From: Yuukianura sp. NJ FZ-2021
Lineage: Eukaryota
NCBI GenBank assembly: GCA_046563655.1
Contig: CM102287.1
Span: 6,138,001-6,202,000, forward strand
Direction: 5' to 3'
Length of the DNA stretch: 64,000 bases
Below are positions 42,556 to 56,500 of the stretch, in pieces. Every line of letters begins with the position of its first letter. Position 1 is the stretch's first letter. Under the pieces are notes generated by a model. The model ran no database searches. It saw only the letters and a list, made by a program, of their open reading frames with translations, and was not told where the DNA came from. The position numbers and the translations under genes were made by a program.

Positions 42556-43909
42556 ATGTTTTCTGCAAGTTCCCTGAAATACGTCAGAATCCTGAACTGT
42601 TTGTACTTTTTTTACTTGTCTAACATTTATTTTAAATTTGATAAAAGCAAACAAAGACTAATTGTTATTCATAATCCGAACAATATTCGAGAGGAATTGG
42701 CTCCAATTTTCACTTTTCTTTTCCGTCTCAGCCACATTTACTTTATCATTTTTGTGATTCCGTATGAATGGCTCGTTCAAGGCCAATTCGAAACGTACAA
42801 GACAATTTGCACATTGGTATTAGCCATGACCGTCATCTGCTGTATTTTTGCGCACACGATTTACATGAAGAAAACTAAGGAAATCACGGTTGGGTCAATT
42901 GCGATCTTCAAATTCGATAGCCAATTGAGTAATTATTCCCGAAAAAATTTTTTCAAAATTATTTCTTTCTAACAAGAAGTTGTGAACCAATTTTGTTGCT
43001 TTTTTGTTAGATAAAGTTGTTGCATCATCAGACGAATTAACTTCGCACTTCAAGGCCATAAGTGTGCTCATGATTATTGCAACAACAATTACTCCTTTGG
43101 CATATATTTCTTGTTTAGAACAAGGGTACCATTTGGCTCTCATGTTTGATCTTCTTTTTAAGAATTTAGTAGGAGAATTTTACAACATACGTCAACTTCT
43201 CGGCGGAATTCTAGTAGCTGGTATTGTCTTGTTGGACGTGGCCTTTGTTTCACTTGTTTTACTTTTGGCCGAACTTTTGGAAATGATAAGTACATTCTTT
43301 CAAATGGCAAGGTACGTAATGCGCCGAAATAGTTTGGTTCAAAACATCAAGTACCATATAACTTTAAATCTTGATTGTTTTATTTGTTCGAAAGGCCATA
43401 TAAACTTGTTTTTGATACCTTTGTATTTCAGCAAACGCATTAGAGGCGGAAATGTTCCGATGATTTGGAAGAAACGATTTGCGGTTTTGTTTCAATCTTC
43501 ATTTGTTTGTACCAATATCTATATTCATGAATTTTCAAATCCCCTTTCAATTGCAATGGTTCCACTACTTGCTATGGTCACTTTCAATCTCTTCTGTCTA
43601 ATTCGCTTCCACAGTGATTGCGGAATCAGAATTAGTTGCGCTCTATTGGCAATTTTTATTGGAACACTTTGGAATCTCAAATCAATTTTCGATTTGGTCA
43701 ACAAACTCAAAATCAATGAAAGAAAGCTACTCAGAGCAATTCAAGTTGGATCACTTTTTACAACTGATGAAAAACGAAGTATTTGCGCATGTCCCACACG
43801 ACCAATTCCTTTGGGGTCTTTTAACAAAATTACACCAGCAATGTTCTTCTATGTTGTAAGTGATGTCATTGTTGCCAGAGCTATTGACCTTGTTTTGTTA
43901 TTTAAGTAG
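42556..43909 (+). CDS. Divergent chemoreceptor-like 7TM protein, tandem paralog (3 exons)
   Basis: Same exon structure as the previous gene; LKYVR.LN and CPTRPIPLGSFNKITPAMFFYVVSDVIV. Confidence 0.72.
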
Positions 43910-44852
43910 CATTCTACTCATAGTTTCGAAATTTTGAGTAATTTTTTTCACTTTCTCACTTTCTCTTCAATATATCGTAAGTACTGCATCGTACTGATGA
44001 ATTGGGGTAACTTATTTTATATAAGTTACTTTTTGGCAGAAAATGAATCATCAAGAGCACAGTTTCGAGTTGAAAATTGAAAAAATTAAACTTTTCATAT
44101 TATGTACCCATTTGTTACATGCTAAGAATCATTATCCATTCTATTAATTACTAGGTATCAATTAGCAATGAAGTTAAAAGGTGAAAAACAGAAGCTCAAT
44201 TGTCTTGCGTGTCCTGCGGAAGGTAGGTCATTTCGTTTCCACGAAAAAGATAGTTTCTTTTAAAAGTCTAGCATTTACAATTATACTATAATGTTATAGT
44301 TATTGTAGGAAACTTACTAAAAAGTGAACTTTTGTTTGGCCATAGCAATTTTTAATAAATCAAGTAAATATTTATATTTACGCGATGAGTTTATTGGATG
44401 CAGCGCCTTAAATGAATAGTGTTTAGAATACAGTAGCGAAAGTTAAGGCCTTGGCACATCGGCAATAAAAGTGCAAAAATATTCTGCCGCCACGAAGATT
44501 GGTCGTGTGTCCTAGGTAGAAAAATCGAAAGCCTTTTTTATTAAAAGCGTTTTTTGGCATTAGAATTTTGTTTCATGTGACATTTTCGTTACTTACCTTA
44601 TCAATTGTCTCCAGCGGGGTTTGCAAATGGGCGGAAAACGAAGCCAGTTTTTGTTGAAACGACGCATGGAAAATTACTTTCTCTTAAGATTATAAACTTA
44701 GTCGCCAACAGTGAAAAACTAAAAATTCTATCAAAAAAGAGATTTCGCCCTACATGTAAATACTATAGGGTTAGCGGGATATGTCGTAAGTCTTCACAAT
44801 AGAATTTCTCGAATACATACTCGAGTGGAGAGGTTAACCTAAATATCTTGCT

Positions 44853-45380
44853 ATTATTAAGTATCGTAATATACCTATAGGGATTGTCTTGTCTGTCCGT
44901 CCGCCTTTCTGTCTGTCCGTCCTTCCGTCCGTCTGTAACGATTACAACTCGATAAGCACCACCCTGATTTGTAAGCGGTTTTCTTTAATTAGTAACTACT
45001 GAGCACATGACTAAAAACTTGTTTTTGTATTTAACAAAGATCAAAGTGGCAAAGGTCAAGGTTATGATCCATTTACAATACAAAAATGGATGGACAGACT
45101 CGGAAGCGGTTTGCGTTGATGTGCTTTTGATGACCTCGAGTGACCTCTACCAGGGTCAAAGGTCAAGGTAATTTTTCTGCACAATTCGGAAACGGATGGA
45201 CCGCTCCGGAGTGGTTTCCACGGAGAGATGTTTGACGACGCGAGGACTAAGATTCCGAAAGTTGTTTGACCTCAAGTGACCTACAACAATATCAGAGGTA
45301 AAGGTCAACAATATCCCGCGTGGGAACTCTCTATAATTGATCTGACGATACTTATTTATAACGTCTTGGCAAGAAATTTA
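44853..45380 (+). mobile_element. HINE/DINE-1-like element, copy 2 (longer)
   Basis: TATTAAGTATCGT start, GTCY microsatellite, shared 3' block GACCTCAAGTGAC..GGGAACTCTCTA..GATCTGACGATACTTATT, then a TCTTGGCAAGA palindrome. Confidence 0.7.
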
Positions 45381-47598
45381 TTATACGCAAATTGTACGTC
45401 AGTTTCGTTTATATAAACGCCTATGAAGGACGTCACGTTTGATCAAGACTTTACTTTCCTGCATCAAGCTGCGAGCAAGCGGGAGACCACTCAGCTGCAG
45501 ATATGACTTAATGCAAATTTTACACGAGTCGTGTAAGCGGGTAGCTTTTTTTTGCAGAACAAAGAAAGCAAACACAGTAAAGGGTTTTCTTTTTTCTTTA
45601 CTTTTCTTGCTTCTATGCAGGTAAAGGAAGTTTTTGTCATTTTAGCTTTAATGGCGGAGCAGCCAGCAGATTTCCAAATTTTGAAATTGACTTAAATGAC
45701 GATCGAGCATATTGTTCTCAAAAGTTTGATTTTTTATGCTAAACCCATTTATCTGTAGTGTAGTTGATGCTGCGAATACAACACACTTTCAAGAAGAAAA
45801 CACGGCGTAGGTTTAATAAAACTTGAAAAGAAACACGAAGTAACGGTTTCATGTTTTGTTGTTTTTCATGTTCAAATTATAAAACAACATTCGGCAACCA
45901 AATTACGTCAAATGAGTTCAAAAATGAGTTATTGTTGCTGCTGAAAGCAATTTTTATTCCAAAATCGTTTGACAGCCTACTGTTGCAATTTTCTTTCATT
46001 CATTCTTTTCTTTTAGCAAATCTAAACAGAGTATAGGCAATGTCGTATTGTTTTCAGAGAGCATAGGTAGAATCTAGAAAGTAAATATAGTGAGAAATTA
46101 AGTTAACCTAGGTAGTTAATTTGAGACTGCACTCGCCAAACCTACGGATTGTATTTCTGTTTTTCAAGAAATTGTTTTCCCTGTTCCAGTGATATGCTTT
46201 GAGAAAAGCATTAAAATTTATTCGTCCAAACCATTTGTCAAATCTGTTCCTCTAAAAGCCATATTGTCAAAAAATATAAGCGACGAGACGTAAGCTTAAC
46301 TACCTAACAACTTTTCACGTTACTGACGTACATGAAAAGCTGGTATTGTCGCTAATAATGTAAAAATGATGCTCCAAAGCAGTAAAAGAAATAAAAAATA
46401 TTGTATTTTACTCAACGTAAACCATGTTATTTACAAAGGTTTGTACAAAGTTGAAACGCCAAATCAAATTCATGTCTAATCAATAACTATAGTGAACTAT
46501 GCTGTAGTTCAAAAGAAAGGGAAAGTGAAAGAAGCTGAGTTTTGTCATAGAAAATGCTTTGAAGAAGGAGAAGAAGTTGTCCGTATTTCCAGGAACAGTG
46601 GAACTTTCAGGCTAATTGAAAATTAGTAGCAGTTGGATATGAAATATATGTTTTGGTCGTAGTTGTCATGGAAATGTTGCCATGGAAATTCTGTCTCAAT
46701 TTATTTTCAGTTATGCAGGAAATGAAAGAAGGATGAACTATTTATTAGAGATCCCGATTTTTTAAAGCTGTACAATAGAACTGGCATTTCTTTTTGTTCA
46801 GTTCACGACTTGTAAACTCCATACATCAAGGGTGCAACACGGTTGGTGCAGTGGTGCACTTGGTGTTTGATACAATTTTGAAGGTCAAACACAAGCCATA
46901 TTCCGTGTTGTCAAAACTTGCTGATGCTAAGCTGATCATTTCATACAATGTAGTAAATATAATTAATTACTGTTACTAGAAGAGCGTGACGGTACGAAAA
47001 CTTACATTTAATTGAAAACAAAAACTGAACCATCACGGAGTGAATTTTATTCACAGTTCGTTTCAACAAATTATACAATGTAGTGTAGTACTTACGCTAT
47101 GTCAGGTAATAGATAATCATACCGAACAACATGAAGAAGTCATTTTCTTATCTAAAGCAGTTTCAATATACTTTCGTACTACTATTATCATATATATTTT
47201 TTGAACCTGTATAATCACATGTGACAAAATTTGATGATTACGTCTTGTGGTTATACATCGGGTTAAAATACCCTGATATTTGATCCTCGCACTTTACTTT
47301 ACAAGCTCAAACATAGTAGTTGAGATTTGGTTTCTTCTCTTGGTTGGAAGGATTTAGCAATTATTTCCTTTAATACATGAAAACTTATTTCCTCAACATC
47401 GGTTGACTACTTGTATTCTACATCATTAGACCATCCCTCCTTATATACATTTACTGATAATTATGTAAATCTAATAACATATAGAGTCAAATTTTCCAAA
47501 CACATTTTCCAAGCACCTTTAATATTTTAACCAAAAATTTCATGCAAGTACTTAAACAAGCGCAAAAGAGTCTTGTAATGTGAATCTTCGCAGTACTT

Positions 47599-50500
47599 TC
47601 ACGGAAACAATTTTTGTGTTTCCGGCGATTCATCAGTACCCTGCGCCTCGGCAACTTCTGCCGTCAAAGGCGACGGAACTGGAGAACTCGTGAAGGAAAT
47701 CAACTTGCTATCCGGTTCCCGCTTAAACAAATTCAGGGACTCTGGGGACGGATTTCCATTTGATGACTTTCGGGGTTTCGTGGTTCCAAAATGTCCATTT
47801 TTCATAACAGTTGCCCTAGGGGTCAAAAACATGACAGAAGTGTTCAAAATACTTTGGCGTGACTGACGACGCATGGAATTTGCAGAACGTCTAATATGGA
47901 ATTTTCGGTACTCCCTCCGGAGAGCTTCTCTGACATCATTAGAAAAGAAACAATAGAGGAGACTCACGAGAACTCCCTAGTGAAGATGAGAAACAAAAAG
48001 TTAATTAAAAGGTCTCACGTAACATTTCCAACATTAGAATTCATGTTCCTTGACTATCATGGAATAAACTTTTTAGAATTCTAGAAATTCAACTTTTGTG
48101 GGTCTCAAAAGTGAAAGTTGCGGAGAGTAATTGTAATTTCGCTAATCTTACCTGAGAAGAAAGGAAAACCGTGTTTGCCACCATGTACACATTTTCAAAA
48201 CTTCCACCAGGGTTGTACACAAAGAGAAGATTGTTAATCCCAAGGAGTGGAAACAAAATCCCGGTGGCTTTCACAGCTCGTCTGCAAATGAGACAAGAAG
48301 AAAGTAAAAAATTGCGCCAGTAGAGGACTTGTTACCGGGAAAATAAAACAATGAGCGAACTGTAGAGATGCTGGAATTGTGCTTATGGTGTAACTGTGTT
48401 TCACTTTTTATTACGATTTTCCTATGTTTTCCAAGTTGGACTGGATGCTTTTTGAAATGGTTACCTAAATTGTGCTGCATCACTCGATGTATTTGCTCTC
48501 TGGATTTTCGTCAGAAGAATTCGCATGATGTTTATCAAGAACAGCAAATTTACCTGTTTTGGCATCAAAAACAGAAATTAGTTTCTTCCTACATGCAGCC
48601 CCCCATGTTTACCACTGCTTTGTTTTTGAAAAGTAATTCATTGAGGCAATATAGTTCTTTACTTTAAATATTTACCATTCTTATTGGTAAATTATACTCA
48701 ACCTTCCTTAGGTAGGTGAAAGTTTTGCAATTTAATGTTAGCCTTAATCAATATAAAAGCTTTTTGATTTTGCTTAAAATTCAGTAGACGGTAAAATCCT
48801 GTAAATTTTGGTTTGCTAATGAAATAGTCGTTTTTCTGATGTCAAAAAGCAGTGCTAATTTTAAATTCGTTTAATCAGCCTTGATTCTTGATTTATCAAA
48901 GATTCTTATTTTGGGCATTATTTTCTCAAGCGTGATTTAAGCGTGATATCAACAAAGCAGAGTTAAGTTAGTGTTTTCAATTAAACTGTGAGTTGAGTCA
49001 ATATTTGTAATTTGTTAAATTCAAATTCCACAGGATTTGACGTCATACCGTCATCGAATTGCGTACAAAATTATACGTGTTTTTGTTTACATTTGAAATA
49101 GTCAAAAACGTACAAAAAGGGCAAGAATCATAGGTCCAACAAGAATCCAAATATACTGATGACGAGAGAAGCTCTGCCAGCAATGATTTGAAAGATGAGT
49201 TTCCATTGTTGCCGCCCATGCTAATATTAGGATGAGAGGTAAAACTGAAATTTCAAAAATACTTTTGAAGTAAATACTTTTAAAGATAATTTTTTTTTGC
49301 AGAAGAAATTGGAAGTATTTCATACCCCATCCAATACAGAAGTATATTTTGAAGGGAGCTCCCTTGTCAAAAATGTTTGTCGTAAGACGTCCATGGAGAT
49401 AATGACCTTGAATAAACATCCAATTGATGCTGGCTACAGTAGCGTACATCAATAGACTCATGACGATTTTGCAAATCCAATCCTAGTGAAATGATGATAA
49501 ATCACATTTTGAGGAAAACTAACGCTTAAGATATAAACAGCATCTACTTACCACTGTGCGGTAATGGGTGCTGCGTTGAAAAATATATGGTTCTGTTATG
49601 ATGATGAGAAGAACAAAGCGAAGTGCCAGTGAAAGCATTAGTTGAACATGGACCGTAACACGTTCACACTTTAAGCTCCTAAAATAGAACAAGGATATTC
49701 GAATAATCATAATTTTTCAAAATTTCACTCACGTTTTCAAAGATTCCACGTGCTTAAGTTTAACTAATTTAAAGTTAGGTCCACGTGTAATATTAAAATT
49801 CAACTTTTCCATTTGTTTTCATACATTTCAGACAATCCTTCCCTCGAACCATTAAGTACGACTTTGATGAAAAGTTTCCGCATGTCGTACGATGTAATAT
49901 ACTAAAACCCTTTGATGGCCATTCCTTTGAAGAAGTCTAAATCCTTAAAGGAGACAGCAGACGTATTACCCGTTAACCAAAGATGTCTCAATGGAAACCA
50001 CAACGTTAACGGACAAGGGATGCAATAATCTTCTTCCGTAATACACTATTGGAGGAAAAGGAAATGTTAGTAGAGAGGTAGTGAATTCCAATTTCTATTT
50101 AAGCCCATAGTACCAACCAATACATTATTGATTCCATCACACAAGCAACGTCAAAATGAGTCAAAGAGAAAGTCCTAAGTTTGTCCAAGACTTTCATCTT
50201 CGGCACAAAATCTTAAATTTAAAATGACATAGACGTCTTTTCACGCAAAAGTTTTGCAGGGAATTTTCTCGGTTGTAATGTCATACAGTTCCACCAAACA
50301 TTTCAGGTTTCGAAAGTATCAAAATCAAAGAAAAAAACACTATTAAATATATTAATGCTGATCAATACGGACCCAACAGGAAGGACTTTCCAGACAAACT
50401 TTTTTGACTGTCGTCAGTCACGTTTAGTTTAAGCTAATTTCTAAAGAATAACTTGCTTTAACAAAATCAGCTAAAAAAGTCTATGAACCATATCCGCCTA

Positions 50501-53500
50501 AGGTCCAGAAACTTCGTCCAGCAAGGGAGAATACACTGGACCAACAGTATCACAAATGAGAGCAACTTTTAGTTTTAGGTTTCAAAAAAGTTTGGAAATT
50601 GAATTTAATGTGCTGACATAACAAGTAATTTTGGACGTGCTGTTGGTTCATATGATTTCACACTCATTAGTATTAGCGAGGCTTCAAATAGATTCAAAGC
50701 AAAATGTATTTGGTCAGCCTTAACTTTCAATTTCACCAGGCACCAGCCACGAGCCATGAGGTGACGTGTAGCCAGTGAAAGTGCTTAAAGGCAAAGTGGT
50801 TGGCTGGCTGAATTTAAGTGTTAAGTGGATTGAGAAAGCAAGAGAGCAGAAAAGTGGATGCATTATTACACCAAACACATTACATTGCTCCACTCACCAA
50901 CAGTGTTAATGCAATTTAAATCCAAATCTGGGTCATTCTGCATCAATCAAGGTTCCTGCAAAGCTTTGTGCTTTCGCAGCGTAAACATGGTAAAATTGAA
51001 AGTAAAATATTGCGTAATACGTTCATAATTGCGGAACACAAAATTTCCGCTTCATTGCCGCTAAGTTCCTAGAAAATAGTACAAAGTGCATGTGGAGTAG
51101 ACTTTCGTGGTTACATTCTGGATGTACACGCACTATTACAAACGAAATGCTAAACCGCAAAATAAAGTTAGCGAGCATAGCGAACTATGGTGTTCCTCAT
51201 GTTTAAGTGCCAAAAACACAATTTTAATTAAAACTGAAGTATAATTAATTTGCAATTAACTGGAAAATATGCTAAAACCATCAAATTTATGGTCGAGTAC
51301 AAATTGGGAAAGTTTTCACGAAGTAAACAAAAAAAGTGCATAGTAAAAAGAAACAAAAAAAAACTAGTCGGAAAATGCAAATTAGACTTGGAGTACGAAA
51401 GTAAAGTCACAGTAGAATAAATTAAATGTAATGATTTTGAATTCAAAATATGAACTCTTGTCAACACTTTTGAATAAAATCTGGAGAAAACTTATTAGTT
51501 GAAAACTTTCTCTTGAAGCATAAAAGAAATGCAGGTTTGTTTACTGTGTATTGCGTTAATTTCTTTGAGGGTTTCAGACTTGTTTACTCGCGTTTCAGGA
51601 CAAAAATTGCATTTGTTTCTGTTTAGTTTTTCAGAAAAGAATAACAAGACGCGAGTGTAAAACGAAAAACTATTTTGCGACTTAAACTTTTCCTGTGTTT
51701 ATTCCATTCACCAAAGGAAAACTTTGGAATTAGAAATTCAATTTGCTGAAATTGAAATGTCTTCATGCTCAAAGTACCTATACAAGACGGATTTTAAAGT
51801 ACGCATGAAGGAAAGTGTTGTTGATGATACATGATAACCTCAGAGTTTTCAAACAATTTTTTGAAACTCAACAAAACTAGGGCTTTAAATTTTTTGGGGG
51901 TATTTGGAAAAGTTGGGAAAGCATTCAACAAAAGTATGGATTTTTATTTCTTTTCGTCAAATCTCTGTATTTTTTCTCAACTTTTAGAGTTTTCAATTGA
52001 GAGTTATTTCTGAAATGCTTGGTTTTGGAAATCTTATCTCTTCAACTAATTTGGAGTGAGAAGTTTTAACTGATTTAGAAAAGTTTGCAGTTTTGGTTTC
52101 GCTTGTCTTACTTGAAGTAATGGAAGATGAAGAGCGACGTTGCAAGTGATATGAAGGACATGATAGAGCCCAAGAATAAAATCCAACGAACAGCATCCAC
52201 TACAGCATCATTTGTCATGTTTGTCTGAAAAGTAAAAAGAAAATGTTTTAACTCATGTGAACATGGAAAAATTGTTTCCTTCAAACAGGCGAAATATTAA
52301 GTATTAAATATTTTTAATCAAAAACCGCAAAATATTTTCTTAATTAACATTAAGGGCAGGAGAATTTCCCATTGGGAAATCAATAAATATTTAGTAGAAA
52401 AAAAAAACCAAAATATTGTATATCCGTGTTTGAGACAACTGGTTGTTGATTCCATTTTACAGGTGACCAATTGGCTCGTTGATGCCATTCAAATTGACAG
52501 GGGTGTTTCGAAAGTTCACTTTTGACCTCATTTGACCTTTCAACAAGGCCAGAATGAAAGGTTCAAGGGGATTGTTATATAACTAAAAGCATGCTACTCA
52601 ACCCCCGAAGCTTGTTCTAAGAAAAAACATCTTTTTAATGTTTTGCAGTGGGGTGTAAAAATGGATTTTGAAAAGATGATTTCCTAATGCAAAATTATTC
52701 AAAATGGAGCTACTACCAAAAGAATTAGCCCCGCTAGTTAAAAAAAAAGCTTAGCTTTAGCTTTTGAAAATTTGCTCGAAAGTTTTGAATAGAAGTTTTT
52801 TTAACAAAACCAAACAGGCAAACCAGGATGCAAAAAGTTTTTGGAAATATCCTTCAATGTCTTAGTTTTGAACATTTTGAAACCTTAGGGAATGCTTTTG
52901 TAAGCTTGATGAGAATACCACGGAACCTCACAGTGTTGAAGCTCGTGCTGCTCGTTTCCACTGCTCATAGTCAGTCCCAGTCGCAAGGGACTCGATTCAA
53001 AAAAAAATGTTAAGAAAAAAATTCCGGAAATTTGAAAATGCCTTTCGAAATGTCCTGAAAACCATGAAAAACTGGAATGATCCTGTTCGTTCAGAGCAGA
53101 GAAAAATTATCACGGAAAAACTATTAATTTCTATCCTCACGGATGCCGTTGTTTCCGGAACCGGTAATTATGATGATTCTTAATGAGTAGAACGACTTAC
53201 TACTAAATTGAAATAATTTCAATTGCATTAAAATATAACAAAAAAGCTATATCTGAAGGATTTCTCCTTATTTTAAAAATCCAAACGCTTGTATCTATTC
53301 TGACCAGGAAAAGAGTCGTTTTAAAGTTCATGGAAAAAGTCGAGCAAATTAGTTTTTCGAGTAGTAGAGTAGATGAACTTTTGTTTGTCTTGATGGAGAT
53401 TGATTACCTTAAGGTTTAGCTTGGAATAGAACAAGGTTGCATCTCAATGCAAAATTTTGTATAACAATGGATTATTTTGGAAGAGTGACAAAGAATTAAA

Positions 53501-56500
53501 AGAACATATCCTAGAAGGTCACAGTTTTCAAAATCCTGGCTTCAGTCCAAAGTTGTTTCGAGAATTCTATATACTGAAAATTATGAAATTCGCGGCAGAG
53601 TATCCCTTCAGTATTTGGAGAAGCATGCCAGTCTCAGATTTAGGAAATATATTGTGAGACTGCAAAAATAGCGTCATATTGTTAAGAAAGAGAAGCGAGC
53701 GCCCTCTATTGGTACTGTAGGGACAACTCTTCCACTTCTCATCTTTTCCCATTCCAAGTCAAAAGCCAGGAAAAAACACAAACTCAACCACAACTAAATA
53801 ATCGAATTTTAACTGAAGTTAGGGACTCCGAATCATCTCAAACTTAGTACTAATCAACTCCCAGAAGAAAGTTGATTAGTACTAAGCATAATTAGATCAG
53901 CTGCTATTCTCCTCTATTGTTTTAAATTGCAAGATGAGTGCATGGATGAGGCTGCCTTTTCAATGGGAGAAGGCAGTAAAGGCTCCTCTTCCATACACTC
54001 GGGACCCAGTCATGCTGTCGGATCAAGTAGACGTCACAGGTACGGTAGACGTGGTGAGATAACTCGCCTGCTACCACAGGTGGTTCGAATCTCTCTCGGT
54101 TTTCCGGAGATTCTCGGTAGGGTTCGGCAGTTTCGTTTCATACCGTTTCGTTTACCGTTTGATTCAGTTTCGTTTACCGTTTCGTTTCGTTTAAAGTTTC
54201 ATCTACGTGGTTTTCAATTAGTTTTCTCATTTGGTTTTTCTCATGGGCTTTTCACATTAACTTAACGAGTTGAGCGCGGCGCGGTTTTCTCTTTTTGTTG
54301 TTTGGAATTGAACTCACAACATCTCAGTCTCATGTCACGGGGTTGGTGACCCCTAAAATTGCTGTGTACCGCGGCATGTGATTTATTGGTAGTTAGTACT
54401 GGTTGGTTCGGTTCGAGTCGGAGTTGGTTCGGTGCGGCACTGGGGTGCGGGATTCTGTGATTTTCGGGCTGGAGTACTCGAGATCGACAACAGGCTGGAG
54501 TAGCTGATCAACTGAGGCCAATTTCTTTCTATTACTACCAGAGGTAAAAAGGGGGTCAAGTCGTGACCTTGAGTGACCGGTCGGCCCTTGGAAGGGAAGA
54601 AACCCCCTTTCAAGGTGAAACTGCTAAGGGCCCGGGAAAAACGTAAGGATAGGAACGGAAAGGGTTGGGTTTACAAATTAGAGCGGAAGAGAAGTCCCTT
54701 AATTTAACCACTACGTAAAATTCCTTATCTTACAACATGGGGGCTCAGACGGGAAACCCTTAGGCGGTAGACCGGTCAAGACAAGAGATGTCAGAGTTCA
54801 AATCCAAACAATGATTTGTCCACTACGCGCGTAAATTCAAAGTTAAGGTCAAAGGTTAAAGTCAAAGTTAAAATCAAAAAATGGAAAGGAGGTCGCGCAG
54901 AGGTAGAGCGCAGGGAAACGGTTGTGCTGAGGCAGTGACCCGGACAAGAAAGATGGCTGAAAAAGTACCGCAAGTGGATCGGAAGATTCTGAAATGGAGA
55001 GATTGCCCTCTGCCGAAGTTTGATGGAAGCTACTGCGTACAACCGTACGAGTATTTGCTGAAACTGGAACGGTACATGCAGGTTTGGGGAATCTGTGAAG
55101 AGGACATGATGGAGCAAGTCTTGCCAGTAGCATTCTCAGGAATGGCAGCAATTTGGTACCAATTCATCTACAAGATCCTGGACAGTTGGAGTACGTTTCG
55201 TTCCGAATTCCGGCGCAAGTTTGAACCGCTAGGCTACCAACGTGAGCTGAAGAGAGCACTGATGGATCGCTACCAAGGCAGGGAAGAAAAGTTGACCGAT
55301 TACGTGCTGACGATGTGCTCACTATTCGCCAAACTGGAAGTTGCAACTAGTGAAGAACAGAAGGTCATGCAGGTCATTGAACTGATGAACCCAGAATCGA
55401 GAGACAGACTCAGGTGGATTGGCCAAAGCTTTGCAGACACACGGGAGCTGTACAAAGCAGCCGAAGAAGTCGAAAGAAGAATCGCTCTGGACAACATGTA
55501 CCACGAGCCAACAACAGACAATGTCATTGACCCCGGGCTCTCCTACCATGGGAGTGATCATTCCACAGACGCTGATTCTGGATGGATTGACAGGCGTGGA
55601 CGGAAGTCTCGAGGTCAGAGGGAGAGGTCAAGTTTTGGTGGGGCTTCTCAAAGGTTTTCAAGGCAGTGGGGGAATGGTATTGACCCAAGGGAGCTGTCAG
55701 TTCCTGTGGACTCGTACGTTGACGATTCGTCTTCGGTATCGTTTGCTCCAATGTCTTCGGAAATTCAGAGTGGGATCTACAAGGGAATCACGAGTGAGCG
55801 CCCTACTGTAGGAAATGATTGGAAGGGCGGTGATGAGCCTCGTACTCATGCGCAGACCCAGGAGTCTGGCACGACGGTGATTTCCGCTTCCAACTCTTCG
55901 ACGCTTGATACTGAAATGGACATGGAGGAAGAATCTTTGGAAGATTCGGGGTTTGAATACTGTGGACTGATTGATGCCTTTGAGAATTGCACAAGCCTCT
56001 CATCGAGCCAAGACGAAGTTACTTCGGAAACTCTGATTCAAGAGACGGAAGTTTCATGTTTCCTGTTGGATTCTCCAGAAGAAAGCCATTGTCAGTATGA
56101 AACTGCGGCATTGGGCAACAACACTTCTGAAGCTTGGGAAGAGATTACTGGGACTTTTGGCTGTAATTCTGAAGAATGCATCGCCACAGAGATTGACCAT
56201 TGGGAAGACTGGGCAGAAGCGACTGTTGGCAGTACCGAGGCTATCACAGATTCTGAAGTAGCTGTCTTGTCACTGTCCAGTACTGAACCGTGTCGCGAGA
56301 AAGTAGTGGACAAAAGCACGCAACAGCAGCGCTTAAAATTAAACAAATTAAATGACTACCAAGATTATGACTCTAATGCTCGTCTTTTCTCTGAGTTCCA
56401 GAAAACTCAGTTGGACATGGACAGATGGAAGCGAGTAAACCTGGATTTGACTACGACGGAGGCACGTTATCTCCACGACGGATTCGTGCAGAGGAAAAGA

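Noticed and set aside
53927..54613. ORFs of 76-120 aa repeated in both LTRs
   Set aside because: The plus-strand ORFs start at TTG, the sequence is low-complexity, and the ends differ between LTRs because of indels. No sign of coding constraint.
53653..54734. Hammerhead ribozyme (retrozyme) in the LTR
   Set aside because: No CUGANGA..GAAA core with flanking stems was found by eye on either strand. An Infernal search would settle it.
55900..56000. LEDSG as a remnant aspartic-protease motif in the Gag ORF
   Set aside because: It sits in an acidic low-complexity stretch without the hydrophobic strand before D(S/T)G or a downstream ILG motif.
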